Assembly: GCA_028819575.1 (NCBI GenBank)
Contig: JAPPLB010000147.1
Coordinates: 251 to 64,250 of the forward strand
DNA length: 64,000 nucleotides
Direction of reading: 5' to 3'
Source: Bryobacterales bacterium
Lineage (GTDB): Bacteria > Acidobacteriota > Terriglobia > Bryobacterales > UBA6623
The number at the start of each line of letters is the position of its first letter. Within the stretch, counting starts at the first letter, position 1. The position numbers and the translations under genes were made by a program. Below, piece by piece: positions 1 through 10,494 of this stretch. The notes under the pieces were generated by a model. It was not told the origin of the DNA. It ran no database searches and was given only the letters and a program-made list of their open reading frames with translations.

Positions 1-167
1 ACTTTCACCTTGTCGAACAAGGACCGATCAAGTAGAGGGCCGTAGATCTCGCCGGCCATGATCGGCTGAAAGTCGATCTTCTGCCGCGTTCCATCGGAAA
101 ACTCCACTTCAAGCGTGTATTCGCCATCGATCTGCACCCCCGTGACACGATGGATGGAGTGATTCAT
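1..167 (-). CDS. DUF2442-like small protein, C-terminus runs off window
   Basis: Hand translation from minus-strand ATG at 167-165 gives MNHSIHRVTGVQIDGEYTLEVEFSDGTRQKIDFQPIMAGEIYGPLLDRSLFDKV. It lies 4 nt downstream of a DUF4160-like gene, which is the usual pairing. Confidence 0.55.
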   Translation of the reverse strand, partial: MNHSIHRVTGVQIDGEYTLEVEFSDGTRQKIDFQPIMAGEIYGPLLDRSLFDKVK

Positions 168-171
168 AGCA

Positions 172-489
172 CTATTTTAGCGGCGCGATGGGTTCGGGAG
201 AACATCCTTTCTGCAAGGCTCTCCAGTCTTTCTTCAATTCATCTTGATGCAATTTCGACCACGCTTCGACCAACCGGCGCTGCCTTCGTGGCAGGTTTCC
301 GGCAAGCAACTCGATGGGGTCGATCCCGTAAATTCCTACCTCGTCCTGATAGTACGCGTGGAAATGTGGCGTGTGATGCGGCTCCCCAACCTCCACGAAC
401 ATACGAATGATAATTCCGAAAAACCGGCTGATCTCTGGCACATCGCATTCTATCGCCGTGATCTCTGGAGGACTGGTTCTCTTCCTCAA
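172..489 (-). CDS. DUF4160-like small protein
   Basis: 105-aa ORF. The core FGIIIRMFVEVGEPHHTPHFHAYYQDE fits my memory of the DUF4160 signature. Confidence 0.65.
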   Translation of the reverse strand: MRKRTSPPEITAIECDVPEISRFFGIIIRMFVEVGEPHHTPHFHAYYQDEVGIYGIDPIELLAGNLPRRQRRLVEAWSKLHQDELKKDWRALQKGCSPEPIAPLK

Positions 490-745
490 AACAGCTTGTC
501 AATAAGCTGCACCCGTGTAGTAGTTGACTGCCTCGGAGCCGATAAAACGCTCATTCCATGAAATAAAAAAGCAGGGTCAATCTTGGGCGCGGAATTAGTA
601 ACTCAGCAGGATCGAGTCGTGCGGGAAACCGATCGTTGGAGCACAAGACAAGTCCTTCAAGCAAGCAGGAAACCAACACCTGCGAGATAAACAACAGGCT
701 TTCCAGCTATGCCGCAAACTACCGCCAGACAGGGAGCAGCCGGTC

Positions 746-2002
746 TCAGAGAATCGGCTCCGTCCAGTTCTCGATGACCGCTTTGAGGTGAGTCATGAAC
801 TGATCGGCGACCGCACCGTCGATGACGCGATGGTCAAAGCTCAGAGTGGCGTAGCAGATCGAGCGGATGCCGATGGCGTCGCCCACCGCCACGGGTGCTT
901 TGTGGATCGCGCCGAGCCCGAGGATAGCGGACTGCGGCTGGTTGATCGCCGGCGTCGCGAATAAGCTGCCGTAGCTTCCGTAGTTCGTGATCGAGAACGT
1001 GCCTTGGGTCACTTCGTCGGGCTTGAGTTGCCTGTTTCGGGCGCGGTTGGCGAGATCGTTCACGGTCTTCTGCAGCCCGAGAATGCTTTTTTCGTCGACA
1101 GCCGGGATCACCGGGACGATCAATCCTGCCGTGAGAGCCACGGCCATCCCGATGTTGATGTCCTTGTAGATGACCACTTGGTCGCCATCGAGCGAGACGT
1201 TGATTGCGGAGTGCTCCTTCAGAGCTGCGGCGGATGCTCGCAGGAAAAACGGCATGAAGGTGAGCTTCGTGCCGTTCTGTTCGAGGAACTTGTGCTTGGC
1301 TTCGTCACGGGCCTTCACGATGACGGAGCAATCGATCTGATGAACCGTCGCCACGTGCGGCGCCAGCCGCATGCTGAGTGACATGTGCTCGGCGATCGTT
1401 CGCCGCATCGTCGAGAGCGGTTCGACGCTGTAGCTGCCGAAGCGGGCCGCCGGAGCGGGCCGGAAGGTGCCCAACGCCTCTTCCGAAACGGGAGCGGAAG
1501 CAGGAACCTCCGCTGCGCTTTCGCGCGCCTTCAAATAGGCCTCGATGTCCTTCTTCGAGATGCGGCCGCCTTGGCCGGTTCCGGTGACTTGGCTCAGGTC
1601 GATGTCGTGCTCTTTGGCCAGCCGGCGCACCAGCGGAGACGAACGAATCCGCCTGTCGCCGTCGGGCTTGCCATTGACAACCGCTGCAACGGCTTGGGTT
1701 ACTGCGGGCGACGCGGCTGGTTCTTGCCGGGAAGGTTCGGCGGGCGCCTCCTCTTTATTGCCGTCCGAACCATCACCGATCCTCGCAACGAGGGTGTTGA
1801 TTTCCACGGTCTCGCCTTCTTGCACGAAGATCTCCTGGAGTACGCCGGCGACAGGTGCGGGCACCTCGGAATCGACCTTGTCGGTGGAGATCTCGAACAA
1901 CGGTTCGTCTCGCTCGACCTTGTCGCCGATTTGCTTCATCCATTTTGTGATCGTGCCTTCGACGATGCTTTCGCCCATCTGGGGCATTACGACGTCGCTC
2001 AT
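746..2002 (-). CDS. 2-oxoacid dehydrogenase E2 component (dihydrolipoamide acyltransferase)
   Basis: N-terminal lipoyl domain (EISTDKV), E3-binding domain (SSPLVRRLAKEHDIDL) and C-terminal catalytic motif FDHRVIDGA. Substrate class (pdh/odh/bkd) is not decidable by eye. Confidence 0.9.
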   Translation of the reverse strand: MSDVVMPQMGESIVEGTITKWMKQIGDKVERDEPLFEISTDKVDSEVPAPVAGVLQEIFVQEGETVEINTLVARIGDGSDGNKEEAPAEPSRQEPAASPAVTQAVAAVVNGKPDGDRRIRSSPLVRRLAKEHDIDLSQVTGTGQGGRISKKDIEAYLKARESAAEVPASAPVSEEALGTFRPAPAARFGSYSVEPLSTMRRTIAEHMSLSMRLAPHVATVHQIDCSVIVKARDEAKHKFLEQNGTKLTFMPFFLRASAAALKEHSAINVSLDGDQVVIYKDINIGMAVALTAGLIVPVIPAVDEKSILGLQKTVNDLANRARNRQLKPDEVTQGTFSITNYGSYGSLFATPAINQPQSAILGLGAIHKAPVAVGDAIGIRSICYATLSFDHRVIDGAVADQFMTHLKAVIENWTEPIL

Positions 2003-2057
2003 GAGTTCCTCTTATGTCTCGATAGCCTCCGTCCGGCGGGGGTGGTGCGCCCAGCCA

Positions 2058-2765
2058 TCACAGTTCCCGCATGGTTCGTTCGAAGACCGCCCCGAAGTTT
2101 CTCGCCAGAGCGCGCTTGACGTCCTCTTGCGGCGGCGGCGATCCGAGCAGGCGCTCCATCGACGTGACAGGCCTCGTCAGTCCGCAGGGAACGATATAGC
2201 CGAAATAGCTCAAGTCTGTCGATACATTGAGCGCAAAACCGTGCGAGGTCACCCAACGGCTGATGTGGACTCCGATGGCGCCCAGCTTGGCGGGACCGGC
2301 CCAAATACCGGTGGCGCCCGGCACGCGGCCCGCCGAGATGCCGAATTCGGCCATCGTGTCGACCATGACTTGCTCCAGTGCTCTGACGAATGCCAGCACG
2401 TCTCGCTTCCAGTCTCTCAAGTCCAGTATGGGGTAGCCGACAATCTGCCCGGGACCATGATAGGTGACATCGCCGCCGCGATCTGTCTCCCAATAATCGA
2501 TGCCTTTCTTCTCGAAGACCTCACGCGGGACAAGGACGTTCTGTTCCTTGGCGTTACGCCCCATGCTTACCACGTGCGGGTGCTCGACGAACAAGAGACG
2601 GTCGGGAATATCGCCGGCCTTGCGCCGCCTGACAATCTCCCGCTGCAAGTCCCAAGCGCGCCCGTACGCAACGCGTCCGAGGTCCTGGTATTCACAGATA
2701 CGCTCCGTCACGCCCGGCCGGGTCTGGTTGTCCACTGCAGCTAGCGTCGAAACCGTCATGAACAA
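2058..2765 (-). CDS. lipB: Octanoyltransferase LipB
   Basis: Shows the GGDVTYHGPGQIVGYPI and AIGVHISRWVTSHGFALNV motifs and the PCG active-site Cys. Lies between the E2 and E3 genes. Confidence 0.9.
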   Translation of the reverse strand: MFMTVSTLAAVDNQTRPGVTERICEYQDLGRVAYGRAWDLQREIVRRRKAGDIPDRLLFVEHPHVVSMGRNAKEQNVLVPREVFEKKGIDYWETDRGGDVTYHGPGQIVGYPILDLRDWKRDVLAFVRALEQVMVDTMAEFGISAGRVPGATGIWAGPAKLGAIGVHISRWVTSHGFALNVSTDLSYFGYIVPCGLTRPVTSMERLLGSPPPQEDVKRALARNFGAVFERTMREL

Positions 2766-2766
2766 C

Positions 2767-4161
2767 TCAGGCGTTGATCGCCAGCCCGGCTACGCTGTTG
2801 AATCCTTCCTGTACTGCTTCCGCCAGCGTGGGATGTGCGTGGATCGTGGTCATGATCGACCCTACCGTCGCTTCGCTTGACATCGCCAGTACGGCTTCAT
2901 TGATCAATTCCGTCGCGGAAGGACCGATGATGTGCACCCCGAGAATCTCGCCGTATGTCTCCTCGGCAACAACCTTCACAAAGCCGCCGTGCGAGCCGAG
3001 GATGGATGCCTTGCTGTTGCCCGCAAAGGGGAACTTGCCGGCCTTGACGTTGTGCCCCAGTTCACGGGCCTTGGCTTCGGTGAGTCCGACGCTGCCGATC
3101 TGCGGCTCGCAGTAAGTCGCCGAGGGGCTCTGCAGGTAGTTGATCGGATCAACATCTTTGCCAGCGATACTGCCCACCGCGACAAGGCCTTCCATCATGG
3201 CTACGTGGGCGAGTTGCGGTGTGTCTGCGACGATGTCGCCGATGGCGTAGACGCCGGGCTCGGCGGTTCGCATCCATTCATCGGTAATCACAAAATCGCG
3301 GTCCATCTTGATCTTGGTATTTTCGATGCCGACATTGTCCGTATTGGGCTTGCGGCCGATGGCCACGAGTAGCTTCTGAGCGGAAAGCTCTTTCTGTTCC
3401 CCTTTCGAGTCGGTGTATTCCAGGTCCACGCCGCTGCGAGCGTTCTTGACCTTGTTTACCTTCGCACCCACTTCCAGTCGAATGCCCTTTTTTTTGAAGG
3501 CGCGGGCCAGTTCCTTGGAAACCTCCTCGTCCTCGATCGGGACCAGGCGAGGGAGCATCTCGAGGATGGTCACTTCCGTACCAAAGCTCCGGAAGATGGA
3601 GGCGAACTCGACGCCGACCGCGCCCGCGCCGATGATGGCCAGCGATGCGGGAACATCCTCGAGGTCAAGGATCTCGATATTGGTGAGGATGCGGTCGGGA
3701 TCCGCCTCGAGGCCCCCCAGCATCCGCGCCTCTGAGCCCGACGCCAGAATGATGTTCTTCGCGCTCAGCGTGCGGCGATGCCCACCATCGGTCACCTCGA
3801 CTTTGCCGCCGCCGAGAAGCCGTCCATAACCCCGAATGCTCTCGACCTTGTTCTTTTTGAAGAGGAACTCGACGCCCTTGGCGTGCTGGATCACGACCTC
3901 CGTCTTGCGCTTGTTGATCGTCTTGAAATCGAGTTCGATGCCGGTGTGTTTGATGCCCCACTGTTCGCCGTTGAGGGCGTGTTCGTAAAGTTCGGCGTAG
4001 TGCAGGAGCGCTTTCGTCGGAACGCAACCGACATGCAGGCAAGTGCCGCCGAGCATCTTGTCCTTCTCGATGACGCCCACGTTCAGGCCGTATTGGCCGG
4101 CCCGAATCGCGGCCACATAGCCTCCGGGACCGCTGCCAATCACAAGAAGGTCGTATTCCAT
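2767..4161 (-). CDS. lpdA: Dihydrolipoyl dehydrogenase (E3)
   Basis: LLVIGSGPGGY FAD fold, redox-active GGTCLHVGCVPTK and C-terminal HAHPTLAE. Start chosen at MEYDLLVIG (ATG at 4161) rather than the ORF-track start at 4206. Confidence 0.9.
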   Translation of the reverse strand: MEYDLLVIGSGPGGYVAAIRAGQYGLNVGVIEKDKMLGGTCLHVGCVPTKALLHYAELYEHALNGEQWGIKHTGIELDFKTINKRKTEVVIQHAKGVEFLFKKNKVESIRGYGRLLGGGKVEVTDGGHRRTLSAKNIILASGSEARMLGGLEADPDRILTNIEILDLEDVPASLAIIGAGAVGVEFASIFRSFGTEVTILEMLPRLVPIEDEEVSKELARAFKKKGIRLEVGAKVNKVKNARSGVDLEYTDSKGEQKELSAQKLLVAIGRKPNTDNVGIENTKIKMDRDFVITDEWMRTAEPGVYAIGDIVADTPQLAHVAMMEGLVAVGSIAGKDVDPINYLQSPSATYCEPQIGSVGLTEAKARELGHNVKAGKFPFAGNSKASILGSHGGFVKVVAEETYGEILGVHIIGPSATELINEAVLAMSSEATVGSIMTTIHAHPTLAEAVQEGFNSVAGLAINA

Positions 4162-4894
4162 GTATGAGAGAGCCATCAGTTTATCAGAGGGCCTGTTCCC
4201 TCCCATCCTTCCCTGAGCTTTCGATCCGCCAAGCCGTCACCATGCCCAACGAGAAAAAGCGGGGACAGGCCACGGCCCGGGAGGGGCGGGCCAATACCGG
4301 TATATCCGGTTCATCAGCGCCGGGAGTATCGAGACCGGCGGACATATCGCCTCTGGAAAAACAGGAACAACGAAACCGGTCCTCGCCGCCCAAAACCGTT
4401 AGGGCGCCAGCAACTCAGCCCTAAAGATCTATCACGAAACACGAGTCACGAAACACGGCTTTTCCGGCCCTTCGGTTCGCTGTAGTTCTGCAACGATAGC
4501 ACTACCAGGAAATGCTGCCCGGACCGCCTAACCCTCTGCAAAATCAATGCTTTCCAGCCCACTACTTCTTGTTTTTTATTGCAGGCTGTTGCGCACAAGT
4601 GCACAACGGGGGTACGGGGAAGTACACAGGTCTGCATTCCATCCAACGTTCTCGGTCGGCCTCAAGACAAGCGCCCTTCGCCGCATCTCCCGTCGTCCTC
4701 CGGGCTCGTTCCGCTGCTGCGAATGCAATATGAAACCATGCTGAGAAAGGGGAAAGTTCTATAGTGCGTCGACACGCTGCTGCCCTCCGATTGCACGAAC
4801 AGGCGTGTTGCGGTATGCTGAACGGCAGTGGACCTCGTTCCGGGGTCTTCTTTCCCTCCACTCTCTTCCGTGCGGTTCCGGCGGATCTTCGTCC

Positions 4895-6142
<1,248 letters not shown>

Positions 6143-6474
6143 CAGCCCGCGGAGAAAGTACCATGGAAGGCGTGGCGGTCTGATGAAGCCACTCGACGCA
6201 AGAACGCTGCGCATTGTTCTTCAACCGCCAAGCAACCTCTTCGGCCCCGGAGAGGATAACGCTGCCTGCGTGACTTGCACTACGGGCTTGCTGACTTACG
6301 AAGAACGAAGTCGGAAGTCCTTGCGCTTCAGTTCTCCGTAGGTAAATGACCAAATCTCATTGGATGTCTTCCGATCGTCTGGATGGTACCGGACGAAGAC
6401 CACCCGGGGGATCTCAGTGGAGGATGGACCGCGGGCTCTCCACTGGTCAGGATTCCCGATTGCTGTAATCTTGG

Positions 6475-6855
6475 TTGCGAATGAAAGCACTGGAATGGAC
6501 GCTCCGCATCGCTCTCTTCGGAGAGTTTCTCGGTCACGGCATCTTCGCTTATCGGGCCGTTCCCCATTTCCAGGAGCTCATGGCCGGATCGCTTGGGGTC
6601 TCGACCGAGACAGCGGCAAATATTCTCCCGATCATCGGCATCATCGACTTCGGGATTGCAATCCTGGCGCTTGTCTATCCCATGCGAGCGGTGCTGGTCT
6701 ATGCGGCGCTCTGGGGATTGCTCACCGGCCTGTCACGGCCGATCTCGGGCAATGAGATCTGGGACTTCGTCGAGCGCTGGCCGAATTGGGGCGTCCCCCT
6801 TGGGCTGCTGCTGGTGCGTGGCTGGCCGAAGCAAGTCCGCGATTGGTTTCGTTAG
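6475..6855 (+). CDS. Small integral membrane protein, unknown function
   Basis: 126-aa ORF with about 4 hydrophobic helices. No family recognised. Confidence 0.5.
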   Translation: MRMKALEWTLRIALFGEFLGHGIFAYRAVPHFQELMAGSLGVSTETAANILPIIGIIDFGIAILALVYPMRAVLVYAALWGLLTGLSRPISGNEIWDFVERWPNWGVPLGLLLVRGWPKQVRDWFR

Positions 6856-6872
6856 AAACGTGGTTCCGCAGG

Positions 6873-7772
6873 CTAGGAAGCGAAGTGGTAGATCCCTGCA
6901 GCCGTCTTGCCGAGAATCCACTTCTTATCCTCGGAAGTGAAGAAGGGAATGATGTCTTTCATGACCACTAGCTCGTAGAAATTGGCGTAGAGCATCCGCT
7001 GCGGTCCGAAGCGGTCGTAGACCCTCCTCAAGTACGGCCACATATCGCGGTAGGGGATCTCCTCTTTCGAGGGATTGTGCAACGACGTCCGGATGTAGAC
7101 GTTCGGGAACTTCTCGAGGTCAAGAATCTGGTCGATGCCCTCATCGTCCGGCCGCCTGATGTCGATCATGGCGAAATGGTCAATGACGATTTTGACGCCG
7201 GGGAAGCGCTCGGCCATGTCCGCAACTTGCGAAATCTGATGAGGCGCCAGGAAGATATTGAACATCGCGCCGAGTTCCTCGGCTTTCTTCCATAGCGGAT
7301 AAACCGCCGGATCGTTCATCCAGACAACGTCCCGGTCATAGATCGGACTGAGCCGGAGCCCGGAAAAGCCCTGCTCCTTGACGAGGCGTTCGAGCCTGGC
7401 GGGGTTCTCGGGATCACCGGGGGCGTGCAGGCGGTAGCCGACAAGCAGGCCGATCGCGGCGAATCGGTCCGGGTGTTGTTTGAGCATGTATGCGGGATAG
7501 GAATTGTCCGTCCCGTAGTAGCACACGTGACTGATGACGACCTTGTCGATCTTGTAGAGCTGCATTTGGGAGAGGATGTGCTCCATCGAATACTCGCGGT
7601 CGGGCCGATTGTTCGGGCAGTTCGAGAGCCTCGAGTTGATCGGAAAGCGCTCGTCATGCAGTACCCAGGCGTGCTCGGCTGCGTTGATGATCGGGTCGAC
7701 CTCTTTAGCGGCGGCGTCTGAAGCCGCGAGTGCTCCGGCTGTGCTGAGTGCAAGGTATTCACGACGGGTCAT
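6873..7772 (-). CDS. Amidohydrolase-2 family protein with Tat-like signal
   Basis: N-terminus MTRREYLALSTAGALAASDAAA. Body resembles metal-dependent hydrolases of the amidohydrolase_2 type (VIDHFAM). Confidence 0.7.
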   Translation of the reverse strand: MTRREYLALSTAGALAASDAAAKEVDPIINAAEHAWVLHDERFPINSRLSNCPNNRPDREYSMEHILSQMQLYKIDKVVISHVCYYGTDNSYPAYMLKQHPDRFAAIGLLVGYRLHAPGDPENPARLERLVKEQGFSGLRLSPIYDRDVVWMNDPAVYPLWKKAEELGAMFNIFLAPHQISQVADMAERFPGVKIVIDHFAMIDIRRPDDEGIDQILDLEKFPNVYIRTSLHNPSKEEIPYRDMWPYLRRVYDRFGPQRMLYANFYELVVMKDIIPFFTSEDKKWILGKTAAGIYHFAS

Positions 7773-7820
7773 GGCAGGGCCTCACGTACGAGTCTACGCG
7801 TTCACAGGTGCCCGAGGCTA

Positions 7821-8285
7821 CTACGAACTCGAGCCGGCGGCGCTGCCGAAGAGTTCCCACAGCTTCTCTGAGCGGAACGCAAAGATCTTCTCCACATCCT
7901 TGGCGACGAAAAGACGGTTGACCAGCGAACCGCCAGGAACGGCGTAACTCACTCGATCTTCGGCGAAAGTACCGCCACGATCTTCGCGAAAGAGGTGCTC
8001 ATGGTCCCAAAGCCGATAGGGGCCGCGAATCTGCTTGTCAACGAAACGACGTGGTGGCTCCCAGGCCGCGATTTCACTCCGCCACCGGATCGGCAAGCCT
8101 CGGACTCGAAGGCGGTAATCGATCGTGACTCCTACGGCCAAGTCGATCGGACGAGGCGTGAGAACTTCGAACCGCAGCCAGGGTGGCGTCAGGATTTCGA
8201 GATTGTGAGCGTCCGAGAAAAAAGCAAAGACCTCTTCGAGAGGCCTTGGCAGCCAGACTGAGCTACTGTGCTCGAAGATCGTCAT
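7821..8285 (-). CDS. SRPBCC (START/cyclase-dehydrase-like) family protein
   Basis: 154-aa ORF. The pattern LPRPLEEVFAFFSDAHNLEILTPPWL...GPYRLWDHEH is typical of SRPBCC proteins as I remember them. Confidence 0.65.
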   Translation of the reverse strand: MTIFEHSSSVWLPRPLEEVFAFFSDAHNLEILTPPWLRFEVLTPRPIDLAVGVTIDYRLRVRGLPIRWRSEIAAWEPPRRFVDKQIRGPYRLWDHEHLFREDRGGTFAEDRVSYAVPGGSLVNRLFVAKDVEKIFAFRSEKLWELFGSAAGSSS

Positions 8286-8396
8286 TCGCCGCTTAGCATC
8301 TCTTCAGCATATAGGGCTCCGACGGGAGTGTCCTCATGCTTGTAGTATTAACCCACTCCCCCGCAAGAAGGCTCCAGGCAGTCAGAACCGACTGCC

Positions 8397-9488
8397 ATGC
8401 CCTACGACAAACGCACCGTCGAAACAGGTCGCTCGATTTACGAAACAGCCGTCAGCAGCTTGCAGCTCACGCTGTCCGAAGAGGACATGAATTACCTCTA
8501 CGCCCAGCAGGTCATCGGCATCGATCCCAAGAGCCGCATCATCCTCGAATCCAAGAGAGCCTCTGCCAAACCGAAGAACGAACGTATCGATCTGTTCGAG
8601 AAAGTCAACCGACAGATCATCAAACGCCGCTGGGCTGGAGGCATCGTGATTAAGGCCGTTCGTTCATCCTGCGAATCGCGGCCTCCCTACAAGCGTCTTC
8701 TCTTCCTTCCCCGCCAAATGGTGACCATGACACTACCGCACCGGAAGATCAAAAAGAACGCTTACGTACGCCACGATGGCGACCTCCGCTTAAGCTTCCA
8801 CGTCGATGAAGAAATCGGCCTTCCCTACGGCACCTATGCGCGCCTCATCCTGATGTACCTGACCACCGAACGCGTTCGCAGCAAAGACCGCCGCTTCGAG
8901 CTAAAGTCAACCTGGCGAGCATTCCTTCAAAACATGGAGCTGCCTTGGGGTGGTAATTCGTACCGTCAGATCAAAGAACAGCTCTTCCGTCTCTGCTCCA
9001 CAACCTTCTCCACACACATCGGCAAAAAGGGCGAAGACGAGAAGCACGACAGCCTGCTAATCACCGACCGCTGGTTTCACTCCTCCAACCTCATCGAGAT
9101 CACCTTCAGCGACTCCTTCTTCAACCTCACCCAGCAATCCGTCATTCCTCTAGAGGCAGATAAAGTTCGCCAACTCAAACGTTCGCCTCTCGCCCTCGAC
9201 ATCTACGCCTGGCTCACATACCGCGCTCACAGAATTGACAGAGAGCACTTCATTTCATGGGGAGGGCTCCGCAAGCAATTCGGCTCCTCACTCGGCCGCG
9301 AGCGAGACTTTCGCTCCCGCTTCAAGACAACCATGAACCACGTCCTCAGCCTCAACCCCGTTGCTCCCTATGTGGCCATGAACCGCAAAGGCTTACGGCT
9401 CGCCCCGAACAATCCCGCTGACATGGAATGGATCGAACGTCAGATCGCCAAAGCCACCAGCCTCACACGAGCTCCGTTAATCATCTGA
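8397..9488 (+). CDS. Plasmid replication initiator, RepA (RPA) family-like
   Basis: 363 aa. The stretch LPYGTYARLILMYLTTERVRS and the general layout match my memory of the Pfam RPA (replication initiator protein A) family. It is immediately followed by iterons. Confidence 0.65.
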   Translation: MPYDKRTVETGRSIYETAVSSLQLTLSEEDMNYLYAQQVIGIDPKSRIILESKRASAKPKNERIDLFEKVNRQIIKRRWAGGIVIKAVRSSCESRPPYKRLLFLPRQMVTMTLPHRKIKKNAYVRHDGDLRLSFHVDEEIGLPYGTYARLILMYLTTERVRSKDRRFELKSTWRAFLQNMELPWGGNSYRQIKEQLFRLCSTTFSTHIGKKGEDEKHDSLLITDRWFHSSNLIEITFSDSFFNLTQQSVIPLEADKVRQLKRSPLALDIYAWLTYRAHRIDREHFISWGGLRKQFGSSLGRERDFRSRFKTTMNHVLSLNPVAPYVAMNRKGLRLAPNNPADMEWIERQIAKATSLTRAPLII

Positions 9489-9526
9489 TATTTTCCGCAA
9501 TCCCTCGAAATTCTTTTCACGAAGTG

Positions 9527-9686
9527 GGGACTATCGTCGCGCTTTTTATGGGGACTATTGTCGCGCTTTCTGCGGGGACTATTATCGCGCTTTGCCGGGG
9601 ACTACTGTCGCGTTTTGCGGGGACTACTGTCGCAATTTTCCGGGGACTACTGTCGCAGTTTGCGGGGACTTTGGTCGCGTTCGCCG
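9527..9686 (+). repeat. Seven direct iterons (candidate oriV)
   Basis: GGGGACTAYYGTCGCG-YTTT units start at 9527, 9551, 9575, 9598, 9620, 9643 and 9665 (period 22-24 nt), directly 3' of the RepA-like gene. An inverted half-site AGTCCCC lies at 9776-9782. Confidence 0.85.
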
Positions 9687-9849
9687 AATCGCACCTCTTT
9701 CCTCTCCTGTATTTGTCCTTAAACCTTCCTAAAGGCCGCGCGCGCCCGCCTAACCTTCCTGTGGAAATGTGGAGAAGTCCCCACACGGTTGCGCCTGCCG
9801 GCGCTTGAGAGCACCTCGATTCGATGCAAGGATTTGACAGGAGGTGCAT

Positions 9850-10155
9850 ATGCGATTCCTTGCCCAACACAAGACCGCAGCCGCCAGAGCTGCTGCTCTT
9901 GGCGTGCTGATCCTTCTGCATGCCGCTCCGTTGGCAGCGACGACACCCACCACCGGCCCCTGGGTCGATGCCGTGACCACGTTGCAGACGGCCTTCACCG
10001 GCACCATCGCACGCGGATTGAGCCTGGTTGCCATCGTCATCGGCGGCTTGATGTTCGCCTTTGGAGAAGGCGGCAGCAAGAGAGCTTTGGCCGGCATCAT
10101 CTTCGGCCTCGGCATGACGCTCGGCGCCGCCAACTTCATCGATTGGCTCTTCTGA
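9850..10155 (+). CDS. virB2: T4SS pilin, VirB2/TrbC-like
   Basis: Signal-like N-terminus plus two hydrophobic helices (GLSLVAIVIGGLMFAFGEG, AGIIFGLGMTLGAANFI). AGGAGG at 9839-9844 favours ATG 9850 over the GTG at 9844. Confidence 0.75.
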   Translation: MRFLAQHKTAAARAAALGVLILLHAAPLAATTPTTGPWVDAVTTLQTAFTGTIARGLSLVAIVIGGLMFAFGEGGSKRALAGIIFGLGMTLGAANFIDWLF

Positions 10156-10170
10156 GGCGGCTGGCTCTTC

Positions 10171-10494
10171 ATGTCGGCTGTCTACGGAAAGCGGTCCTGG
10201 CAAGCCTGCCGATCCCTGGCCCGCCCGCTCACAGTCATGGGCTGTGAGCGGAGGGCTTTCATTCTGGCGGCCATGTTCGGCGCCGTGACCTTCAACCTCC
10301 TCAACGCCTTTCTGCCTGGACTCCTGATCTTTCTGACCGGCTACATCATCGGCTGGCTGGGAACCCGCCACGATCCTCACATGATGCAGGTCGTCAAAGC
10401 TTCCGCGAGCGCCAAACCCCGCTACGATCCCGCGAAGCGGCCCGCGGCCGAGGCGGAGATCGAGATCGTCAGCAGCACCCTAACGACTGCATGA
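10171..10494 (+). CDS. virB3: T4SS VirB3/TrbD-like protein
   Basis: 107 aa with one hydrophobic hairpin. Sits between pilin and VirB4, with an ATGA overlap to VirB4. Confidence 0.7.
   Translation: MSAVYGKRSWQACRSLARPLTVMGCERRAFILAAMFGAVTFNLLNAFLPGLLIFLTGYIIGWLGTRHDPHMMQVVKASASAKPRYDPAKRPAAEAEIEIVSSTLTTA

Noticed and set aside
4207-4894. Long 690-nt leader upstream of rho with C-rich, G-poor stretches (for example 4846-4880)
   Set aside because: Long structured leaders with rut-like C-rich tracts are the expected autoregulatory arrangement for rho. No separate RNA gene could be supported by eye.
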